From contig NC_043001.1 of the NCBI RefSeq assembly GCF_006345805.1, positions 95,666,001-95,730,000 of the forward strand: a DNA stretch of 64,000 bases, given 5' to 3'. Source of the stretch: Octopus sinensis (Eukaryota). The notes below the pieces were generated by a model. It saw only the letters and a program-made list of their open reading frames with translations. It was not told the origin of the DNA and ran no database searches. This document shows, piece by piece, positions 55,619 to 64,000 of the stretch. The position numbers were made by a program, and so were the translations under genes. How positions within the stretch are numbered: the stretch's first letter is position 1; every line of letters begins with the position of its first letter.

Positions 55619-56344
55619 ATAGTACTGTTATGTTCAACTTCAATATCTGGTTATTGATAAACGTTATGAAATGCAGACTGTAAATTTAGTTGTGCCTATG
55701 TAGGTTAAATGCTTCATAAATATTCATTAATATTATTTTTTTAAAAACTAGACTCCAAATTTATAGAAATGTCTCTTGCGTTTCCTTTTATCTCTTTAAT
55801 ATCATTGCTATGTATCCCTTCGGCAAATGATAAAGTATAATTCTATTCTTAATGTTAATTTGTATAGTAAAATTGTAAAAGCAATCCTATCTGTGAAGTT
55901 GCATAACTTTCAAGTTAACACTTTAATACGTTTAGCGAAACAAGTGAGCATGAAAAATTGCCCGAAGTATATAAAACTTCTATGAAATATAGTTCATTAG
56001 GCAAGACAGCAATGAATCCCCAGTTAGATCATATACCCAGACGCTTATATAAACATATATATCGACAACACTCGCACACACACATACACATACATACACA
56101 TACACACATACACATTTGAGCGACGGAAGCACTAACAGATAAATATAGAGCTCTATGCGAATATTCCGATTTGAATCTGATGTTACCTGCTATTTCAGTC
56201 TTATATGTAAAACCGGAAATTTATTTACTGCTTTCATTTTATTTACCTATTTTTACGATATTCTTTGCATATAACTCACACACACACACATACACATATA
56301 CACACAAACACACACACATAAACAAAGACACACACGCACAAATA

Positions 56345-56575
56345 TATGTGGCATGTCTATGTAGTAAGAAGCTTACTTCCAAAACACACTGTCCCGGGTT
56401 CGATCCCACTGCACATCACCTGGGGCAAGTGTCTTCTACATCAATCTCGTGCCGACCAAAGCCTTGTGAGTGGATTTGCGGAAGGAAATTGAAGGAAACC
56501 CATCGTATATATGTTTATACATATATGTAAGTGTGTATGCATTGACTCTCTATTTGTCCCCAACTTGCTGACCAT
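56345..56575 (+). mobile_element. SINE family A, decayed 5' part
   Basis: ggggcaagtgtcttctac...gccgaccaaagccttgtgagtggattt. Confidence 0.8.
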
Positions 56576-56699
56576 GCTTAAGTTTCACATCGTATCAATC
56601 AACGAAAAATCCATTGGAGAGTAAAGAGAAATAACACGCATTTCGTGTGTATAGCAATACCATTAAACTAGGTAAGGAAATCCTGTATATATATTATAT

Positions 56700-57560
56700 A
56701 TACTGAGAGGGCATGTTTACTCCATCTTATCCAGGAGAATATTGGCTAGCTTGATTCAAAGAGAATCTGGAATAAAGCTATTCAAAATATTAGCAGAGAA
56801 TGTTGTATGAGTTTTCTGTAAAAAGGAATACGGAAATCATTGGCAAAAAGTCTAGCCTCTCTTCCGTCCCGAACCATATTTCATACTTCATCATCAAGAG
56901 ATTATTTCCCGCATCATCATCAACTTCCAAAACTGTCAGCAGTGTATTACCTTCTATGAGGCACGATAATGAGGGGAAAATAATTTACAATCCTAGAAGT
57001 TCTTAGGTTACCATCATTGTATTACAGAAAAAATACTACATACATGATATTGTCCAATAAGCTAGTGAACTGAATAATGCTGTGCCTGGTGGATGGGCAT
57101 GTTTAACCTAGAATCCAGAAAGAAGGGAAGAAGAACATATATTCTGAACTAATAAGAAAATGAAATGTACTCTACCAAGCACAGATTTAGCAAATTGTAT
57201 CTCTTATCATGAAACACTAAACAGCAGAATAAAGGATTTGCCGACAATACTCAAAATGCTGGTGTTTTCTTTACAATTCCTTTCCAGACATATACAGGAC
57301 TTATTAGGACCCTCCAAAGACAACCGACTGAGGCTTTCATCGGATATTCATAAAACATTCCAGAGATTATCGTCTTCAAATTCTAGGAATTAAAATGTGT
57401 ACACCACTCCATTTGCAGATGCCATTCACATACACATAAACTGCTATGTATTACTATGACAGACACAAGAATACCTGACAGGTTTATCTTGGATGATCCT
57501 ACATACTTCCACACATTATCTAAGTCACATATTCACAAATCAGCTCTGACTCTATAAAAC
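56700..57560 (+). mobile_element. Highly decayed RTE-like RT fragment
   Basis: YIHDIVQ (cf. YADDIVL), ETLNSRIK, RLQILGIK and TDTRIP occur in the expected order. Confidence 0.45.
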
Positions 57561-59215
57561 AAACTTATAATTTTGTTCGTGACCGGCTGTTACTTCGCGG
57601 AAGAAAATCCTTGAATATTTATCGAAACAAAAAACAAAAAAAAATATGTTCATATATATTGTCTTGCATATACACGTATGAATATATCTGTTCACATACA
57701 TACGTATACACATGTACATGTATGTGTGGGTGTGTGTGCATTATATGTACACACACTTTCACACATACACACACACACTTTCTCACACATATTTATATAT
57801 ACATCTACTACATTCGAAATTTTCCTTCCTGTTTGTGAAATTCGATGCTTCCAACGCTTGTTCACAAAATGTTATTAACATCAGAAATCTATTATTATTT
57901 AGCGCTTCATTTGACGCACCATTTGGTTTAATGGACAAGTGCTCATCCAGAATTTGAGGTGTACAGGTTCGAGCCTTACTCGTAACTTACTGCTTACATA
58001 TTTTTCCGTCTTATAAGGGTGAACAACCCAAATTTCTACTCTTTTCAAGGCTATATTGCGTTCGAAATTTACTTTCTTGTCTCTAATACATATATTTTAA
58101 ACTAGATTCAGTAGGGTATATAATACTACTTGCTAAAATCAGAGCCAATGCTAGCCACCTTATTAATATTATTAATAACGGAAATAATATTTCTTTATTT
58201 AGATATTTTAATTTATATATTTCTGTATGCATATTGGTTAACACTTGCGACAATCTTGAACAAACTATTCGGTTCAACGAAGTTCTTCCTCTTATCTCCT
58301 CATGTATGTCTTACATTATCGGTCTTGGAACTTGGTGTGTTGTAAATTCATAGAACCAACCACAGAATAATCATAGGATCTGCAAAACGGACTATTCCCC
58401 CGTTATAAAATAAATAAACGACATATATTCATCATTATATAGTTTCGATAAGAGAAGCAATGCCTTGAAATTATTTCTACTCAACGTAAGTAATAGAAAT
58501 GAGTTCGAAAAATGGAAAGCAAATCTAGTTATGCATATTACGATTCAAAGGGCAATCGAACAATTTCATTGATGGCGTAGTCTTTTAACACAGTAGAGGA
58601 TGACTGTGTCATATGTAAATATGCAAGTAGGCACGTAGTGCTACGTGAAATACCATTAACATCATTATGATTACAATAATAAAATAGTATTCAATCACAG
58701 ACATATGTCTATAGATACTACACATTTATCCTTTGAGAGAAGAATTGTTACTTAATGTGTTAAATGCAAAGCTTAAATTTAGATGTTTCATAAGCAACAA
58801 TAATGTGTGAGCTAAAGTGCCAGATCTCGCTAAGTAAAGGAAATACAGATGGCTGTTTCCTATCAAATTACATTTATGTATTATTAAGAAAATTATATAA
58901 TCAATCATTATTGTCATCTTCAAAAATATCAATTAGTATCCGTTTTGGCGCGACAGTTATGTCGATCAATTTCCATACTATCCATTGCCAGTAGAGAAAT
59001 TATAGACAAAAAAATGGCTAACGTGATCAATCATAACTGTGTATAATGTACGGATTGGTGAAAGGTATACGAGATTATTGTTCTGAAGTATATAGATGGT
59101 GAATTTATTCGAGAAAGAAAAACATCATAACGACTGAAAATGATTGATAATAACACTTAAATACATGAATTATATATATATATATATATACATATATATA
59201 TTGGTAAAAACAGTA

Positions 59216-59249
<34 letters not shown>

Positions 59250-59510
59250 ACATACATATATATATGTATGTGAGTGTATGTGTCCATTCAGATCACTGGC
59301 ATACATAAACGTCGACACACACATGTGCACACAACAACAACCGTACAAACTTACAAATTCGAATACACAAACGCACACAGAGTTGAATGCGTATGTACAT
59401 ACGTACATTAAATCCTTATCTGTTGTCTTATTAATGTGGATAAATTATGAATATGGTGAGGTGCATTAATGGAGATTATGCTGAACAGAATCTCTTTAAC
59501 TTTTCCTTTC

Positions 59511-59558
<48 letters not shown>

Positions 59559-59641
59559 TAACAGATAGGTATATGTACATGTATACCTATACACACGCAC
59601 ATACATGTATGTATTTGTATGTACATACATATACATTCATA

Positions 59642-59972
59642 GGAGCAGGAGTGGCTGTATGGTACGTAGCTTGCTTACCAACCATATGGTTCCGAGTTCA
59701 GTCCCACTGCGTGGCACCTTAGTGAAGTGTCTTCTACTATATCCTCGGGCCGACCAAAGACTTGTGAGTGGATTTGGTAGACGGAAACTGAAAGAATCCC
59801 GTCGTATATATGTATATATATATATATATGTGTGTGTGGGTGGGGGTAGGGGTCTACATGTGTGTGTGCGTGTGTCTGTGTTTGTCCCACGCAACATCGC
59901 TTGACAACCGATACTGGTGTGTTTACGTCTACGTAAGCTAGACTTTTGGCAAATGCGACTGATAGAATATTT
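59642..59972 (+). mobile_element. SINE family A, 3'-truncated
   Basis: Colinear with 21167-21480. Confidence 0.9.
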
Positions 59973-61039
59973 ATCCAAGATTTTTTTTCTTTTTAAGTAA
60001 TCCTACTCCTGCCATCTGCATTTTGTGCTATACTACGTTGAATCTACTGCAGGAATTCCGGCCCGTTAGATGATCTCAACGGCAAAATAACAACGTGGAC
60101 ATTTTACGAGAATCTTTAACGAGACACCTCTTTATGTATGGATTTACCTGATGTGACCCAAACTGCATAATGGATGCAACACAAAGGTAATGCACCCATA
60201 AGAGACGGTAGCAAATTAGGATGAATTGATTGTCGTACAAAATACGTTTGTGAATCTGTTTTGCAAGATTCCTGAATTGATATTGTATGTTCAAACACAT
60301 TGGAACAGATATTGTAATGTTTTGGGATAGTCATTCTTGTGTCTCTGTATTTCGATGGTGTGCATGCTTATCTGTGCATCGGCTTCCGTCTGTATCTACA
60401 TGTATGTGTATGTGCGTGAATGTGCGTGTGCATGAATGTGTGTGTGTTTGTGGTTACGTGTTTGTAAGCATGCCTATGCAATTTGTGTGTGTTTCGCTGT
60501 GTGTGCATGAGTTTACTTACTATCTTGTTTATATCCCTTTACAAGCAATATTGTGAACAATCCCATCAACACACACACAAAATTAACACAAACACACATT
60601 CAAAGCACATTGACACGCGTATACACGCACCCATGCACACACATACTTACACACATAGTTACAAACGCAAACGCATGCGTAGTTTAGGATACAGATCCTA
60701 GAAACAGAAAATAAACAAAGGAAAGCTGGAGGAAAAACTGAAGTGGTCTCAGATGTTTCAGGAGAGATTTTCAGTCAATGGACATGGGGTAAAAGACAAA
60801 AACAATATTAAGCGAATCGTTGAAGGAATATATACAGCATTTGTCTATCTGGCAAATAAATGCCCCTCACGAAATATTACAATATATATACGACAGACTC
60901 CAAAGAAGCACGCAGCCAAACTGTTTATATAGTCAACATGTGAAGCGGTTGCTCTATGAAAGAGCTCTTAATTTGGATACCGAAAGTGTTTAACACTCTC
61001 GCAATACTAGCAGCCTCTAAACAGGTAACATTGTCGTAT

Positions 61040-61260
61040 ATATACGCGTTGACTTTTGGTGATCCATTTTTCTTTCTTCTTCCTTTTTTTTCGACTTTCC
61101 TATATTTCACGTTTCAGAAGAAGAGCTATGCTCGAAACCTAAAACAGCCACTGTTGTTTTTCTTCTCGGAGCGTCTAATTAATACTTTACATGTGTTACT
61201 TCCTCGCGTTGTTGTTTTTTCCTTGTCTTTTTCTTCGCTTTTTGAATTAATTATATATTC
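61040..61260 (+). mobile_element. Solo PLE terminal repeat, diverged relative of 18440-18632
   Basis: gtttCAGAAGAagagc(tat)gctcGAAACCTAaaac followed by a U-rich tail. Confidence 0.6.
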
Positions 61261-61647
61261 ATACATATACACACCTATATATGTGTGTGTGTGTGCGCGT
61301 ATGTGTGTGTGTGCGCGTATGTGTGTGTGCGCGTATGTGTGTGTGTACGCGTATGTGTGTGTGTGCGCGTATGTGTGTGTGTAAATATCACGCATGGATA
61401 CACATATATATGCTCTACAATATATTTTTCAAGAAATCCTGACCCCATTTCTATTCCAGACTGCTCCGCTATAAATTTGATTACAATTTATTGACTCCGG
61501 AATTGATCATTTCATCAGTAACTTATATTAGTAGTCATAATTTAATTGTTTTAAAAACAGGTCGAAGAATATATTTTTATGTGTGTATGTGTGTGTATGT
61601 AGATCTATATGTGTGCATTCGTATGTTGTATGTATATATATATATAC

Positions 61648-61702
<55 letters not shown>

Positions 61703-61709
61703 ATATATA

Positions 61710-61744
<35 letters not shown>

Positions 61745-61751
61745 TATATAT

Positions 61752-62455
<704 letters not shown>

Positions 62456-63111
62456 TATGTATATATTGATTATTGAATAGAGTACTATTTCTGAAATGTA
62501 AATTCTGTGTGCCCTTTGGGAAGCAAATTGCGGGATTATTAATTAGTGAAATTTTAATTAGCCATTAATTCACCGTTAGTGTAAGCAAAATGGTGTCTTC
62601 CAATAGTTAGATATGAATATTCACATCTTTGGTATAATTTAACCCGAAGAACGAAAACACGTATGCTGCTAACATCCATATATATGAAAATATTTGAAAA
62701 CTGTGATTTCGAATCTGACGAAAATTCTCAAGACATGTGAGAGTGGTTCAAGGACGGGCAATGCGCTATTCTTATTCGATTAATACCTCTACAGAATTTG
62801 ATCTAATGACATGATATTCATATATGATTATCGTCAAACATGAAGCTACTTTCACAGTTTGATTTTTTAAATATATTATTTAAAGAATACGAAATATCGT
62901 TCTATATATATGCTTGAGAGTACCTACACAAAAGTGTACGTCTCTGACATCGGCGAAGCGTTATGTGTATAATGAAAACATAGTTTGGGTATACAGAGCA
63001 TCACGCACGTACATGTATACATACTTATGTACATATATACATACAGTCACACGCACATGCGCACGTGCATACACTAGATGTACACACGCACACACAAACA
63101 CACGTACGTTG

Positions 63112-63310
63112 TGGCACTCCGTCGGTTACGACGACAAGGGTTCCACTTGATACGATCAAGTGAACAGCCTGTTCGTGAACTTGTGTAATTTCAACGTGTA
63201 CTTTTAACTTAGTTCTCGGGGAAATTCAGCATAACACAAAGGCTGGCCCTTTGAGACAGGAAGGAAGAGTGAAAGTTGTGGTGAAGTAGTACTGCAGGGT
63301 TTGCCACCAA
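63112..63310 (-). mobile_element. SINE fragment, tail X with part of the H1 body
   Basis: Matches the reverse complement of 29630-29878. Confidence 0.8.
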
Positions 63311-63362
63311 ATATAGGGCGCACGTACACGTTGGTTTCTTATAATTAAGTATACACACACAC

Positions 63363-63419
<57 letters not shown>

Positions 63420-63420
<1 letters not shown>

Positions 63421-64000
63421 ATAAGAATAATAGAATCGTACCGCATTTATATATATATAATTCTTTCCTTCTTTCTATCAACTCTTTCACACTTCATTCC
63501 ACTCTTCGTTCTTTATTTATCCCCCTCACATACCCTGGCCTTCTCTTCATGCTCACTTCCTTCCTCTTTCACTTCACTGTGTCTCTTTCATTTTTTCTCG
63601 TTCCTCCTTAATTCTCCTATTCCTCTTCCTCTACCTCTCTCTCTTTTCTCCCCACGTGATCGGTGTTCGGCCAAGCGTGATCTTTATTTCTTGGTTCGAC
63701 TACCATCCGCGCAACATCTGTATTCCTGCCCGTGCCTGTCCAATTTTATGTACCTTCCGTAAGGCTTTGCCTCCACACGCGCCAGCATAGTCGAAAGACA
63801 CCCGTTGTTATGTCGTGTTAATTGCATTTGCATTTGTGTATCATTTCTCCGTTTTTTTCTTTCGTCCTTTTTTGTAAGCATTCGCTGCTTTATTCCGAGG
63901 AAGCTAATGCTCTTAGCTTAGCTTTTCCTTGGTGCTGGCCAGATTGGAACAATCTCGAGTATAACCAACCGAAATTGCAAAGATAATCTGAAACTCGACT
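63420..64000 (+). mobile_element. PLE-type 3' UTR/terminal repeat running off the window
   Basis: Pyrimidine tract at 63460-63655, hairpin at about 63895-63932, and a motif shared with 39478-39632. Confidence 0.5.

Overview
AT-rich, microsatellite-dense eukaryotic DNA with no host protein-coding exon I can support. The SINE repertoire and (TA)n density suggest a coleoid cephalopod, probably Octopus (inference). Most ORFs in the track are (TA)n/(CA)n/(ATT)n artefacts. The window is a graveyard of mobile elements. It holds CR1-group LINEs (a 5' half with a CCCH-finger ORF1 and APE ORF2, plus two 3' fragments), RTE fragments (one with a twin-priming-type inversion), an R4/Dong-like 3' end in an (AAT)n tract, and Penelope-like elements (PLEs; RT plus GIY-YIG). 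It also has mariner and rosa-like transposase relics, hAT and mariner MITEs, more than 20 tRNA-like SINE copies and several tandem duplications. The main hidden signal is RNA structure. Five complete minimal type-I hammerhead ribozyme folds with unrelated stems (1489, 16009, 24839, 32125, 61892), plus about 10 variant or degenerate cores, sit in PLE terminal repeats that end next to (TA)n. Also notable are a SINE 3' tail shared with a local LINE 3' UTR (with a covarying hairpin), SINE head/tail shuffling in all four combinations, and a 120-bp hairpin overlapping a candidate exon and splice donor. Coordinates of decayed elements are approximate, read by eye.
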